Notes: generated by a model not told the origin, from the letters alone. 59,963 nucleotides of DNA from a virus (IMGVR_UViG_3300030104_000859:1-59963); one strand, 5' to 3'. Counted from the first letter of the stretch, positions 37,892 to 47,442 are shown. Numbers and translations: made by a program.

Positions 37892-39516
37892 TGACTAGAG
37901 TATGGTTAGATAGAGGGGAGTGTCCTGATTGTGGCTCAAGTGATGGTAAGGTAGAGCATAGAGAAGGGCATTCATATTGCTTTGTTTGTAAGACTAGATT
38001 TGGAGAGAGTAAAACTCAAGAGCAGAGGATAGTCAAAATGTCTGAAACAAGTCCGATAGTAAAGACTACTGGTTTATTGTCCGATATTCCAGATAGAAAA
38101 ATATCTAGAGATACTGCCAAGAAGTATGGTACTCAGATAAAGAAAACAGATAACGTAGTTACCCACCATATCTATCAGTACTACGATAAGGATGGTAATC
38201 ATGTTGCCAATAAGGTACGTGAGGTACAAGGTAAAAAGTTTTGGTCAGAAGGAAACATAGGTAGTAGCGCATTGTTTGGTCAGAACTTATTCAATCAAGG
38301 TGGAAAGTATATTACTGTATGCGAAGGTGAGATAGATGCTATGTCTGCCTATCAAATGTTGGGTAGTAAGTGGCCTGTTGTTTCTATTATGAATGGAGCA
38401 GCATCAGCTTTACAGAACTGTAAGAAATCTTTTGAGTACCTTAACAAGTTTGATACTGTAGTACTGTGTTTCGATAACGATGAGCCGGGTAAAGAGTCTG
38501 CCAGAAAGGTAGCTCAACTCTTTGAACCCAACAAATGTAAGGTTGTTAATCTAGAACTAAAAGATGCTAATGATTACCTAAAGGTTGGTAAGGCAGAAGC
38601 TTTTACACAGGCATGGTGGAATGCTAAAGCCTATACACCAGCAGGTATTGTAAATCTAGCTGATCTTGGTGATAGTTTATTTGAAGAAGACTTTTGCGAA
38701 ACTTGTCTCTATCCTTGGCCTGATCTAAATGATAAGACCTATGGTATTAGGACAGGAGAGCTTGTCACCTTTACAAGCGGTGCTGGTATGGGTAAGAGCA
38801 GTATTATTCGAGAGCTTATGCATCATATTATGATGAGTACCAATGATAGCATAGGTGTTCTTGCAATGGAGGAGAACATAAAAAATACAGCTTTTAATCT
38901 TATGTCTGTTGAAGCTAATGCTAGATTGTATATTAAGGAGATACGAGATAAGTTTACACCTCAGCAATTAAGAGAGTGGCGAGATGCTACAGTAGGTACT
39001 GGAAGGTTCTATGCCTTTGATCACTTTGGTTCTATATCTAACGATGACATACTTGATAGAGTAAGGTTTATGGCAAAGGCTCTGGATTGTAAGTGGGTAT
39101 TTCTAGATCACCTATCTATTCTGGTATCAGGACAAGAGGACAATGGTGATGAAAGAAAGTCTATTGATATTCTAATGACCAAGTTAAGATCATTGGTAGA
39201 GGAGACAGGTATAGCGTTGCTACTTGTATCCCATCTTAGAAGACCTACTGGAGACAAAGGACATGAGGATGGTAGAGAGGTATCTCTGTCTCACCTTAGA
39301 GGTTCAGCCAGCATAGCACATCTATCTGATAGTGTTATAGCATTGGAACGTAATCAACAGGCAGGAGATGAAACAGAATCCAATACAACTGTACTTAGAA
39401 TATTAAAGAATAGGTATACTGGAGACACTGGTATTGCCTGTAAGTTATATTATGATAGGCAAACTGGTAGAATGTCTCAACTTGATAATGAGTTTATGGA
39501 GAATGAGAATGGGTAG
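37891..39516 (+). CDS. T7 gp4-like DNA primase-helicase
   Basis: Zn finger CPDC...CFVC, TOPRIM 'EGEIDA' and 'FDND', Walker A 'GAGMGKS', 'FLDHL', 'LRGS..I..LSD', 'KNR..G.TG'. Confidence 0.95.
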   Translation: MTRVWLDRGECPDCGSSDGKVEHREGHSYCFVCKTRFGESKTQEQRIVKMSETSPIVKTTGLLSDIPDRKISRDTAKKYGTQIKKTDNVVTHHIYQYYDKDGNHVANKVREVQGKKFWSEGNIGSSALFGQNLFNQGGKYITVCEGEIDAMSAYQMLGSKWPVVSIMNGAASALQNCKKSFEYLNKFDTVVLCFDNDEPGKESARKVAQLFEPNKCKVVNLELKDANDYLKVGKAEAFTQAWWNAKAYTPAGIVNLADLGDSLFEEDFCETCLYPWPDLNDKTYGIRTGELVTFTSGAGMGKSSIIRELMHHIMMSTNDSIGVLAMEENIKNTAFNLMSVEANARLYIKEIRDKFTPQQLREWRDATVGTGRFYAFDHFGSISNDDILDRVRFMAKALDCKWVFLDHLSILVSGQEDNGDERKSIDILMTKLRSLVEETGIALLLVSHLRRPTGDKGHEDGREVSLSHLRGSASIAHLSDSVIALERNQQAGDETESNTTVLRILKNRYTGDTGIACKLYYDRQTGRMSQLDNEFMENENG

Positions 39517-39880
39517 TGCAGAGTATCATAGAAAAAAAGCTAAACAAAGATACTTAGATAAACCTTTTTGGTTTACTATTAGAGATGCAAAGAAAAGAGC
39601 AGAGAAATTTAATATAGACTTTAACTTAACAGAAGAGTACGTAAAAAGTATTTATCCTAAAGATGGGAAATGTCCAGCACTAGGAATTAAATTAAAAAAA
39701 TTAGACGGATCTAATGCACCATCTCTGGATAGAATTATTCCTAAGTTAGGATATGTAGAAGACAATGTTCAATGGGTATCTAAACTAGCTAATCAAATAA
39801 TGTCTAATGCTACACCAGAGCAGGTCATACAAGTCGGGGAATACTTCAAACAAGTAATGGAGAAAAAGAATGCAACCTAG
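39509..39880 (+). CDS. HNH-like endonuclease
   Basis: 'CPALG...PSLDRI.P.LGYV..NV.W.S..AN' motif. Confidence 0.7.
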   Translation: MGSAEYHRKKAKQRYLDKPFWFTIRDAKKRAEKFNIDFNLTEEYVKSIYPKDGKCPALGIKLKKLDGSNAPSLDRIIPKLGYVEDNVQWVSKLANQIMSNATPEQVIQVGEYFKQVMEKKNAT

Positions 39881-40253
39881 AGAAGCTATGGTTAATTGGT
39901 TAGGTGCTAAGATACCCGACCTAATTATAGAACCAGAAGATAGTTATAATTTTGATGTAGTAGGTACAGTAAATGGTAATGGGGCTAAGTCTCTCTACAC
40001 TTTAGATGTTAATCAAAGTTGGGTAGGAGAGTGGCCTAAGAATTGGAAATATATTTATATTCCTGTAAGTGCAAAACAATTACTAGATGAATGGAAAAAG
40101 ATTTACAAAGATGATTTGTATACTTTTATTATTTTTAGAAAAGATTTAAAAAAGGCTTGGCATATACCAGCAGATATGGTAGAATACTCTAAAGTTGTAA
40201 ATGAAACCTATAAGGTATCTATCTTAGATGCCTATCAAGTGGATATGGATTAA
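39870..40253 (+). CDS. Degenerate PD-(D/E)XK-fold protein, paralog of 41904..42368
   Basis: Alignable W...WP..W....IP...L...W...YK....F..F......AW.I....V..S pattern. Confidence 0.6.
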   Translation: MQPREAMVNWLGAKIPDLIIEPEDSYNFDVVGTVNGNGAKSLYTLDVNQSWVGEWPKNWKYIYIPVSAKQLLDEWKKIYKDDLYTFIIFRKDLKKAWHIPADMVEYSKVVNETYKVSILDAYQVDMD

Positions 40254-41884
40254 TGGTAACAGCAGTAGTTGATATTGAAACAGATAAACTAGATGCAACA
40301 AAGATACATTGTATAGTAGCTAGTTCTATTTCTGGTAAGCAAAAGGTATGGATTGAAGATGAATGCCAGCAGTTCAGTGATTGGTCTAGACAAATAGATC
40401 AATTCATTATGCACAATGGTATTAGTTTTGATGCACCTATACTTAACAGACTAACAGGTTCTAACATAAAGTTATCTCAGGTAAGAGATACTTTAATTGA
40501 ATCACAATTATACAACCCCATAAGAGATGGTGGTCATTCACTACAATCATGGGGAGAAAGACTTGGATATAACAAGGGGGACTATAATGATTTTACTACG
40601 TTCAATAAAGAAATGTTGGAGTATTGTCAAAGGGACACTGAGCTTACTAGGAAGGTGGCTGGTGTCCTCTCAGGAGAGGGTAGCTCGTTCTCAGATAGAT
40701 CGTATAACCTCGAAAGGAAGGTTCGAGCAATAGTAGATCAGCAAGAAAGAAATGGTTTTGCTTTTGATATACAGAAAGCTACAGTCTTTCTATCTCAACT
40801 TGAAGATGAACAGTATAGTCTTGAAGAAAAAGCACAGGAAATGTTTGAGCCTACTGAGGTTAAGCTTAAAACAAAAACTAAATACATACCATTTAATATT
40901 GCCAGCAGAAAGCAGATAGCAGAACGTCTTATGGAAAGAGGATGGGAACCAAAGAAGCATACAGAAAAAGGTAATGTAATTGTATCTGAAGAGATATTAT
41001 CTAAGCTTGATATGCCAGAAGCTCAGATGTTTAGCCGATACTTTCTGCTACAGAAACGTACTGGACTACTCAAGTCTTGGATACAGGAGTGTCAAGAGGA
41101 TGATCGTGTCAGAGGTAGAGTAATGACACTACGCACTGTCACTGGTAGAATGGCTCACAATAGTCCTAATATGGCACAAGTACCAGCCACCTATAGTCCC
41201 TATGGTAAGGAGTGTAGAGAGCTATGGACTGTATCTAATCCCGATACCCATGCTCTTGTAGGTACAGATGCTAGTGGCTTAGAGCTACGTTGTCTTGCTC
41301 ACTATATGGAAGACTCTAAGTTCACCAGAGAGGTTCTTACAGGTGATGTTCATACAGCTAATCAGAAGATGGCTGGACTAGAAACAAGAGATCAGGCTAA
41401 GACTTTTATCTATGCATTTCTGTATGGTGCAGGGCCAGCTAAGATAGGTAATGTGGTAGGTGCAGGTGCAAGGCAGGGTAACATTTTAATACAAAGGTTT
41501 CTAAAAAATATGCCAGCACTAAATAGATTAAGAAGTAATGTACAAGAAGCTGCTGAAAGAGGTACAATTATAGGTCTTGATGGTAGACATTTACAAATCA
41601 GGGCTGTACACTCCAGCTTAAATACCCTCATACAAGGGGCAGGAGCTATTGTATGTAAGCAGTGGCTTGTCCATATGGATGAACGTATTAGAGCTAAAGG
41701 AATTGATGCAAAGCTAGTAGCATCTGTCCATGATGAATACCAATTTGAAGTAAGTAAAAAAGATACAACTATCTTTGGACAAATAACTAAAGATGCTATG
41801 AAAGATACTGAAGCAACACTTAATGTAAAGTGTCCATTGGATTGTGAATACAAGGTAGGAAATACATGGGCAGAAACCCATTAA
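40253..41884 (+). CDS. polA: Family A DNA polymerase (T7 gp5-like, Tyr762 type)
   Basis: Exo I DIET, Exo II HNGISFD, Exo III YCQRD, motif A DASGLELR, motif B RDQAKTFIYAFLYG, motif C VHDE. Confidence 0.97.
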   Translation: MVTAVVDIETDKLDATKIHCIVASSISGKQKVWIEDECQQFSDWSRQIDQFIMHNGISFDAPILNRLTGSNIKLSQVRDTLIESQLYNPIRDGGHSLQSWGERLGYNKGDYNDFTTFNKEMLEYCQRDTELTRKVAGVLSGEGSSFSDRSYNLERKVRAIVDQQERNGFAFDIQKATVFLSQLEDEQYSLEEKAQEMFEPTEVKLKTKTKYIPFNIASRKQIAERLMERGWEPKKHTEKGNVIVSEEILSKLDMPEAQMFSRYFLLQKRTGLLKSWIQECQEDDRVRGRVMTLRTVTGRMAHNSPNMAQVPATYSPYGKECRELWTVSNPDTHALVGTDASGLELRCLAHYMEDSKFTREVLTGDVHTANQKMAGLETRDQAKTFIYAFLYGAGPAKIGNVVGAGARQGNILIQRFLKNMPALNRLRSNVQEAAERGTIIGLDGRHLQIRAVHSSLNTLIQGAGAIVCKQWLVHMDERIRAKGIDAKLVASVHDEYQFEVSKKDTTIFGQITKDAMKDTEATLNVKCPLDCEYKVGNTWAETH

Positions 41885-41903
41885 ATAATTAAGGAGATAT
41901 GTC

Positions 41904-42368
41904 ATGAGACATAACAACAGAGAGTTTGATAAATCATCTTACGATTCTAACGATCAACGTGCCAAGGATGCTATAGTAGGATATCTAAATAAAAATGGTT
42001 ATGAAGATATAGTACCAAGAGAAGATTACTTCTTTGATGTAGCTGCTAAAAAAGATAAGAATTATTTCTTTGAAGTTGAGATTAAGAATCAGTGGGGAGA
42101 TAGTTGGCCTGACTTCTGGAAGGAAGTTAGAATACCAGACAGAAAGAAAAGATTAATTAAAAAGTGGAGAGAAGAATATAAAGATCACGATTTAATATTT
42201 GTTGTGTTTAATACAGATTGTTCTCAAGCTTGGTTTATAGATGGGGATACTGTAGATTCTTCACCTATAGGTACAATTCAAAATTCAAGTAGGATTGGAT
42301 CACCACATTTGAAGGAACCTTTCTTTCATGTGCCAAAAGAAAAAGCAACTTTAATTAAAATAAATTAA
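41904..42368 (+). CDS. PD-(D/E)XK endonuclease-like protein
   Basis: 'FDV...FFEVEIK' catalytic-like motif. Confidence 0.6.
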   Translation: MRHNNREFDKSSYDSNDQRAKDAIVGYLNKNGYEDIVPREDYFFDVAAKKDKNYFFEVEIKNQWGDSWPDFWKEVRIPDRKKRLIKKWREEYKDHDLIFVVFNTDCSQAWFIDGDTVDSSPIGTIQNSSRIGSPHLKEPFFHVPKEKATLIKIN

Positions 42369-42376
42369 AAAAGTGC

Positions 42377-42405
42377 TTGACTATACCTACCAAGTATGTT
42401 ATAAT
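42377..42405 (+). promoter_or_regulatory. sigma70 promoter TTGACT-N17-TATAAT (extended -10)
   Basis: Upstream of the SSB gene. Confidence 0.8.
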
Positions 42406-42501
42406 TACACTAACAATGATAGGAGGATATCTTCAATCAAAAGTTTATATTTAATTTTAAATGTTATTATCTAATGTTATTATCTTAAAGGAGAATTTAT
42501 T

Positions 42502-42960
42502 ATGTCAGTTATTTCTGGAGATGCTTATTGGGCGCATGTTATTACACCAAACACCAAATTTAATCCCGATGGTGAATGGAGTATAGAAGTTTGCAATCTT
42601 GACGCTAAGAATAAAAAGGTTGCAGAAGGTGATGGACTTACCATCAAAAATAAGGGTGATGAAAGAGGAGACTTTGTTACTCTTAAACAATATGCACGTA
42701 CAAAGGATGGTCAAGCTCGTCCTATGTCAGTAAAAGATTCTGATCGCAATGCTTTCCCCACTAACAAGCGAGTAGGAAATGGTTCTAAAGTTAATGTTAG
42801 TTATTTTCCTAAAGAATATACTGTCTATGGAGGTGGCGTTAAAGGCTATCTAAATGCTGTACAAGTAGTAGACTTAGTTGAATATAATGCAGAGGAGTTT
42901 GATGTAGTCAAAGGAGGCTATGTTAATACCGATGCTGAAGAAGTAGCTTTTGCTTCTTAA
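42502..42960 (+). CDS. Single-stranded DNA-binding protein (T7 gp2.5-like)
   Basis: 'G.AYWA....PNT.F', 'VGNGSKV.V', 'L.AVQV.DLVEY' and an acidic tail with a near-terminal Phe. Confidence 0.75.
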   Translation: MSVISGDAYWAHVITPNTKFNPDGEWSIEVCNLDAKNKKVAEGDGLTIKNKGDERGDFVTLKQYARTKDGQARPMSVKDSDRNAFPTNKRVGNGSKVNVSYFPKEYTVYGGGVKGYLNAVQVVDLVEYNAEEFDVVKGGYVNTDAEEVAFAS

Positions 42961-42976
42961 CCCCTAAAGGAGACTT

Positions 42977-43007
42977 GGAGGGGTACTTCGGTATCCCTCC
43001 TTTTTTT
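42977..43007 (+). terminator. Rho-independent terminator with cUUCGg loop
   Basis: GGAGGGGTAC-TTCG-GTATCCCTCC followed by T7. Confidence 0.9.
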
Positions 43008-43026
43008 AGAATAGGAGATAAACTAG

Positions 43027-43335
43027 ATGAAAAATCAAATTTCCTCATATCCTTATTATCCGGGCTTTAAAGATAAGGAAGGTACTACCTCTACTGAAGC
43101 TGCTGAATTAATAGCACCAGCTAGTAAAACAATTAGAGAGAAAGTCTTTAATATTATCAAACAGAAAAAAACTTTTGGTGCAACTGCTGATGAAGTAGCA
43201 GAGTTATTAAACTCAAGTCGTTTCACAGTTAGACCAAGAGTTACGGAATTATATAAACAGGGTAGGATAGAAAGAACAGTTACAAGAAAAAATGATAGTT
43301 CTAGAAATGCTTATGTTTATGTAGTTAAGAAATAA
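43027..43335 (+). CDS. Winged-HTH DNA-binding protein
   Basis: 'TS.EAA...GATADEVA.LL.....TVRPRVTEL...G.I' motif. Confidence 0.7.
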   Translation: MKNQISSYPYYPGFKDKEGTTSTEAAELIAPASKTIREKVFNIIKQKKTFGATADEVAELLNSSRFTVRPRVTELYKQGRIERTVTRKNDSSRNAYVYVVKK

Positions 43336-43337
43336 TT

Positions 43338-44198
43338 ATGAAAACAATAGATACTTTAGTAGAAGACATTTACAGTTTATTTTCTCTCGATCCTATTGAC
43401 ATGGATGAGAAGGAAGTTGATAAACACATAGATACTTTTGGAGAAATGCTGAAGGTTCATATCAAAGAATTTATGTATGAGAAACCTAGATCCTATGGTA
43501 ATCTTAGGTTGTCACAGATAGGTAAGCCTGATCGTCAGCTATGGTATGATGTCAATACCAAGAAGGATGCTGTGCCTTTAACACCCAGTACCCGAATTAA
43601 ATTTTTATATGGATATATACTTGAAGAATTATTATTACTTTGTTCCTCAATATCTGGTCATAAAGTAGAAGATCAACAGAAAGAAGTTGAAGTTGAAGGT
43701 ATTAAAGGCCACCAAGATTCTATGATAGATGGTGTTCTTGTTGATTGTAAGAGTGCTTCTTCCTCCAGCTTTCAAAAGTTTAAAACTAATAACTTATTAG
43801 AGGAAGATCCCTTTGGTTATATTGCACAGATATCAGCTTATGCAGAAGCTAATGGTGTAGATGAAGCAGCATTTTTAGCTATAGATAAATCTACTGGAGA
43901 GATATGCCTTAGTAAAGTACATTCTATGGAGATGATCAATGCCAAGGAAAGAGTTAAACACCTTAAACAAATGGTTGAGAGAGACTCGATACCTGATAGG
44001 TGTTATAGTCCTGTACCTGATGGTAAGTCTGGTAATCTTAAGTTACCCTTTGGTTGTGTTTATTGTGGTCATAAGAGAGAGTGTTGGTCAGATGTTAATC
44101 AAGGGAAAGGTATCAGGGTCTTTCAATATGCAAAAGGTAAACGATATCTGGTGCAGGTTGGTAAGGAGCCTGATGTTCAAGAAGTAGTTAATTGGTAA
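43338..44198 (+). CDS. PD-(D/E)XK (Cas4-like) exonuclease
   Basis: 'LRLSQIGKPDRQLWY', 'GHQD..IDG.LVDCKSAS', 'Y..Q...Y' and 'C.YC..K..CW' motifs. Confidence 0.8.
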   Translation: MKTIDTLVEDIYSLFSLDPIDMDEKEVDKHIDTFGEMLKVHIKEFMYEKPRSYGNLRLSQIGKPDRQLWYDVNTKKDAVPLTPSTRIKFLYGYILEELLLLCSSISGHKVEDQQKEVEVEGIKGHQDSMIDGVLVDCKSASSSSFQKFKTNNLLEEDPFGYIAQISAYAEANGVDEAAFLAIDKSTGEICLSKVHSMEMINAKERVKHLKQMVERDSIPDRCYSPVPDGKSGNLKLPFGCVYCGHKRECWSDVNQGKGIRVFQYAKGKRYLVQVGKEPDVQEVVNW

Positions 44199-44599
44199 TG
44201 CATTGGAAGTATTCTAAGAAACCTGATCTAACACAGTTTGGGTTTGTCTATTGTATTACTAATACTAAAACTGGTAAAGCTTATATAGGTTGTAAGCAGT
44301 ACTACAACTATCGTAAATATAAAAAGAAAACTAAACAAACTGAATCTAATTGGAAAACTTATATGGGTTCAAGTAAACATCTTATTGAAGATATTAATAA
44401 GATAGGTAAGAAACATTTTAAGTTTGAGATTATTGCAGAGTTTAAAAACAAAAGAAGTTTAAGATATTATGAATGTTATTATCAGATGAAGTATAATGTT
44501 TTAGCTTCTGTATTAGAGGGAACAGATGAACCAGCCTTTTACAATAACTATGTAGGAGGCAAGTTCTATAGACCTGTTCAAGAGTATGACCACGTTTGA
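44198..44599 (+). CDS. GIY-YIG-like endonuclease
   Basis: 'GFVYCITN..TGKAYIG.K...W..Y.GSS...E' motif. Confidence 0.75.
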   Translation: MHWKYSKKPDLTQFGFVYCITNTKTGKAYIGCKQYYNYRKYKKKTKQTESNWKTYMGSSKHLIEDINKIGKKHFKFEIIAEFKNKRSLRYYECYYQMKYNVLASVLEGTDEPAFYNNYVGGKFYRPVQEYDHV

Positions 44600-44918
44600 T
44601 ATTAGTACATCATTACAATCTTTATATGATTTAACAGATAAAAATTCTGATAAAAGTTTATATCTTGCAGTTGTAATACAAGCTTTATTAGATGTATCTA
44701 AACCTAAATTAAATGGAGAAAGTAATGATATAAAGTTACAGAGAGATCAAGCTCATGCATGGTTCTTTACTTCAGTAGGAGTTACCTGCGAAGACTTTAA
44801 AACAATATGTCATTATGCTGGACTAGAACCAGAGAAAGTTAGATCGTTTGCTTATGAAGTTGTAAACAAAGGGGATGTAGAAAATGTTAGAAGAAAACTT
44901 AGCTCACTTATCTACTAA
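44586..44918 (+). CDS. Conserved phage protein
   Basis: 'AV..QALLD...A..WF.......DF..IC..AG..P' motif. Confidence 0.6.
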   Translation: MTTFDISTSLQSLYDLTDKNSDKSLYLAVVIQALLDVSKPKLNGESNDIKLQRDQAHAWFFTSVGVTCEDFKTICHYAGLEPEKVRSFAYEVVNKGDVENVRRKLSSLIY

Positions 44919-45198
44919 AGAAAATCCTTTAGATACTCAAGTTGGTGGTAATCATTATAAGGGATGTGGTATTCAACCAGTAGAATATATTCATGCAAAT
45001 AATCTTGACTACCTAGAGGGAAATGTGATAAAATATATTACTCGACACCGTACTAAAGGTGAAGGTAAAAAGGATATTGAGAAAGCAATACACTATGCAC
45101 AGTTAATATTGCAGATGCATTATCCAGAGGAAGGAGAACAACAAGAATTATTTAACAATCTAATAGGGGAAAGGGGTAGGCATGTTCAAATCAAATAG
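44884..45198 (+). CDS. DUF3310 protein (T7 gp1.7-like)
   Basis: 'QVGGNHY....IQP.EYI.......GNVIKY..R...K....D..KA.HY' motif. Confidence 0.8.
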   Translation: MLEENLAHLSTKENPLDTQVGGNHYKGCGIQPVEYIHANNLDYLEGNVIKYITRHRTKGEGKKDIEKAIHYAQLILQMHYPEEGEQQELFNNLIGERGRHVQIK

Positions 45199-46858
45199 AA
45201 ATCCACAGTTCAGATCTAAATTTAGTGAAGATATATTTTATACCAAATATTCTCATGAAGGTGCTGAGACATTTCATGAACTGGCTTGTACATTAGTTGA
45301 AGATGTATGTCAGGATAAGTTATCTAAGGATGATAAGGAAGCTCTGATAGATCATATATCTAATCTTAGATTTATTCCCGGTGGTCGTTACCTTTACTAT
45401 GCAGGTAGAGAGAAGAAATTTTTTAACAACTGCTATCTACTTAAAGCAGAAGAAGATACTAGAGAGGATTGGGCTGATCTATCTTGGAAGTCTGAGTCCT
45501 GCCTTATGACAGGTGGTGGTATTGGTATAGATTATTCTGTCTATAGACCTGAAGGACAAACCCTCAAGGGTACTGGTGGTATATCCAGTGGCCCGATACC
45601 TAAGATGCAAATGATTAACTCTATAGGACAGAAGGTTATGCAAGGTGGTAGTCGTAGGTCTGCTATCTATGCTTCTCTTAATTGGCAACACGATGATGTA
45701 GATAAGTTTCTTAAAGCTAAGAACTGGTTTGATATGCCTGTTGGTAATACAGGTAAAACTTTATTTGATATTAAGCAGGATGATTTTAACTTCCCTGCAC
45801 CACTAGATATGACAAACATATCTGTAAACTACGATACCGAATGGTTGTTAAACTATTGGGAGAAAGGAGAGATAGGAGATGTCTTTAGGACTAATGTACG
45901 TCAGGCTCTTAGAACTGCTGAACCGGGGTTCTCGTTCAACTTCTTTGAGAAAGAAAACGAAACACTCAGGAATGCCTGTACTGAAGTCACCAGTGAGGAT
46001 GACTCTGACGTATGTAATCTTGGTAGTCTTAACTTTGCTCGTATTGATGACCTTAACCAGTTGCAGGAAGTTGTCCAACTTGCCACACAATTTCTACTGT
46101 GTGGAACCCTTCGAGCAAGTCTCCCCTACGAAAAGGTGTATCAAGTTCGAGATACAAATAGACGTTTAGGTTTAGGTTTGATGGGGCTACATGAGTGGTT
46201 GATACAACGTGGTCATAGGTATGAGACTACATCAGAACTTCATAGATGGTTTAAAGTGTATGAAGCTGAGAGTGATAAGGTAGCTCGTAGCTTTGCTAAT
46301 CAACTAAACATATCTGTGCCTGTTGCTGTTAGGGCTGTAGCACCTACAGGTACGATAGGTATTCTTGCTGGTACTTCAACTGGTGTTGAGCCTATCTTTG
46401 CTGTAGCCTACAAACGTAGGTATCTCAAGAACAAGAGGTGGCACTACCAGTATGTTGTTGATAGTGCTGCTCAAGAAATGATAGAGCTTTATGGTGTTAA
46501 ACCTGACAGCATTGACTCTGCTCTTGATCTAGCTACCGACTATGAGAGAAGACTAAACTTTCAAGCCAACGTACAAGAGTATGTTGATATGTCTATCTCC
46601 TCTACAATCAATCTACCTTCATGGGATACTGAGGATAATAACGAGGATAAGGTAGAAGACTTTGCCCAGACTCTAGCTAAGTATGCTCATAGACTAAGAG
46701 GATTTACCTGCTATCCAGATGGATGTAGGGGTGGTCAGCCTCTAACAAGGGTTGCTTACTCAGAAGCTAGTGAAAAATTAGGTGAAGAATTTGAAGATAA
46801 TATACAGGCTCATGACATATGTGAGATCAGTAATGCTGGTGGAACTTGTGGAGTTTAA
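45182..46858 (+). CDS. nrdJ: Ribonucleotide reductase, probably class II (B12-dependent)
   Basis: 'GGGIG.D.S..RP.G', 'RNACTE', 'CNLGS', 'RRLGLG.MG', 'APTGT', 'SISSTINLP' and a C-terminal Cys pair; no NrdB beta subunit in the genome. Confidence 0.85.
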   Translation: MFKSNRNPQFRSKFSEDIFYTKYSHEGAETFHELACTLVEDVCQDKLSKDDKEALIDHISNLRFIPGGRYLYYAGREKKFFNNCYLLKAEEDTREDWADLSWKSESCLMTGGGIGIDYSVYRPEGQTLKGTGGISSGPIPKMQMINSIGQKVMQGGSRRSAIYASLNWQHDDVDKFLKAKNWFDMPVGNTGKTLFDIKQDDFNFPAPLDMTNISVNYDTEWLLNYWEKGEIGDVFRTNVRQALRTAEPGFSFNFFEKENETLRNACTEVTSEDDSDVCNLGSLNFARIDDLNQLQEVVQLATQFLLCGTLRASLPYEKVYQVRDTNRRLGLGLMGLHEWLIQRGHRYETTSELHRWFKVYEAESDKVARSFANQLNISVPVAVRAVAPTGTIGILAGTSTGVEPIFAVAYKRRYLKNKRWHYQYVVDSAAQEMIELYGVKPDSIDSALDLATDYERRLNFQANVQEYVDMSISSTINLPSWDTEDNNEDKVEDFAQTLAKYAHRLRGFTCYPDGCRGGQPLTRVAYSEASEKLGEEFEDNIQAHDICEISNAGGTCGV

Positions 46859-46867
46859 AAAAAAGAC

Positions 46868-46896
46868 TTGACAAAAACCACAAAGTGTAGTATAAT
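46868..46896 (+). promoter_or_regulatory. Consensus sigma70 promoter TTGACA-N17-TATAAT
   Basis: Perfect consensus upstream of hsp20. Confidence 0.85.
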
Positions 46897-46901
46897 ATAT
46901 G

Positions 46902-46956
46902 TATGGAATGCCAATGGTGGGTTCCATAATATCTTGCTGAAAAGGAGAAAACTATG
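46902..46956 (+). ncRNA. ROSE-like RNA thermometer in the hsp20 5' UTR
   Basis: 5' hairpin TATGGAA...TTCCATA; SD hairpin TCTTGCT-GAAA-AGGAGA with a bulged G opposite the SD. Confidence 0.7.
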
Positions 46957-47406
46957 AATGTAAGACTCGAAGGTAATTGGTCGTTCAGACTTCCCCCCTC
47001 ATTGGAAGACTTCCATAAGAGGGCTATAGGTTATGACAGGTTACTGGCTAGAATAATGGATAGACAATCTGACAGTACTAGTCAAGACAAGTATCCCCCA
47101 CATAATCTTATTGAAGTCTCAGATACGGAGTTCAGACTTGAGTTAGCTTTAGCTGGCTTTACAGAAGATGAAGTTAAAGTTGTTCAAGAAGAACAGAGAT
47201 TAACCATTAGTGGAAACAATTCTGCTAAAGAAGAAGAGGAGAACATTTTACATAAAGGCATAGCAAGTAGGGCATTTACAAAAACATTTGATCTTGCTGA
47301 GAATATAGAAGTTACGGAAGCATCGTTTACAAATGGGATGGTCATCATCAAGCTAAAACGAAATATTCCAGAAGATAAGATGCCAAGGCTTATTGAATTT
47401 ACGTAA
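46954..47406 (+). CDS. Small heat shock protein Hsp20 (IbpA-like)
   Basis: 'IGYD', 'YPPHN', 'LELALAGF', 'LHKGIASRAF...F.LA...V..A...NG...I.L...IPE...PR.I' motifs. Confidence 0.92.
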   Translation: MNVRLEGNWSFRLPPSLEDFHKRAIGYDRLLARIMDRQSDSTSQDKYPPHNLIEVSDTEFRLELALAGFTEDEVKVVQEEQRLTISGNNSAKEEEENILHKGIASRAFTKTFDLAENIEVTEASFTNGMVIIKLKRNIPEDKMPRLIEFT

Positions 47407-47412
47407 GAGATT

Positions 47413-47442
47413 GGGAGGGCATGGTATGTGTCCTCCCTTTTT
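47413..47442 (+). terminator. Probable terminator after hsp20
   Basis: GGGAGGGCAT...GTGTCCTCCC followed by T5. Confidence 0.65.

Noticed and set aside
46897-46950. CIRCE element or sigma32 promoter upstream of hsp20
   Set aside because: No TTAGCACTC-N9-GAGTGCTAA and no CTTGAA/CCCCAT pair; the promoter is sigma70 consensus.
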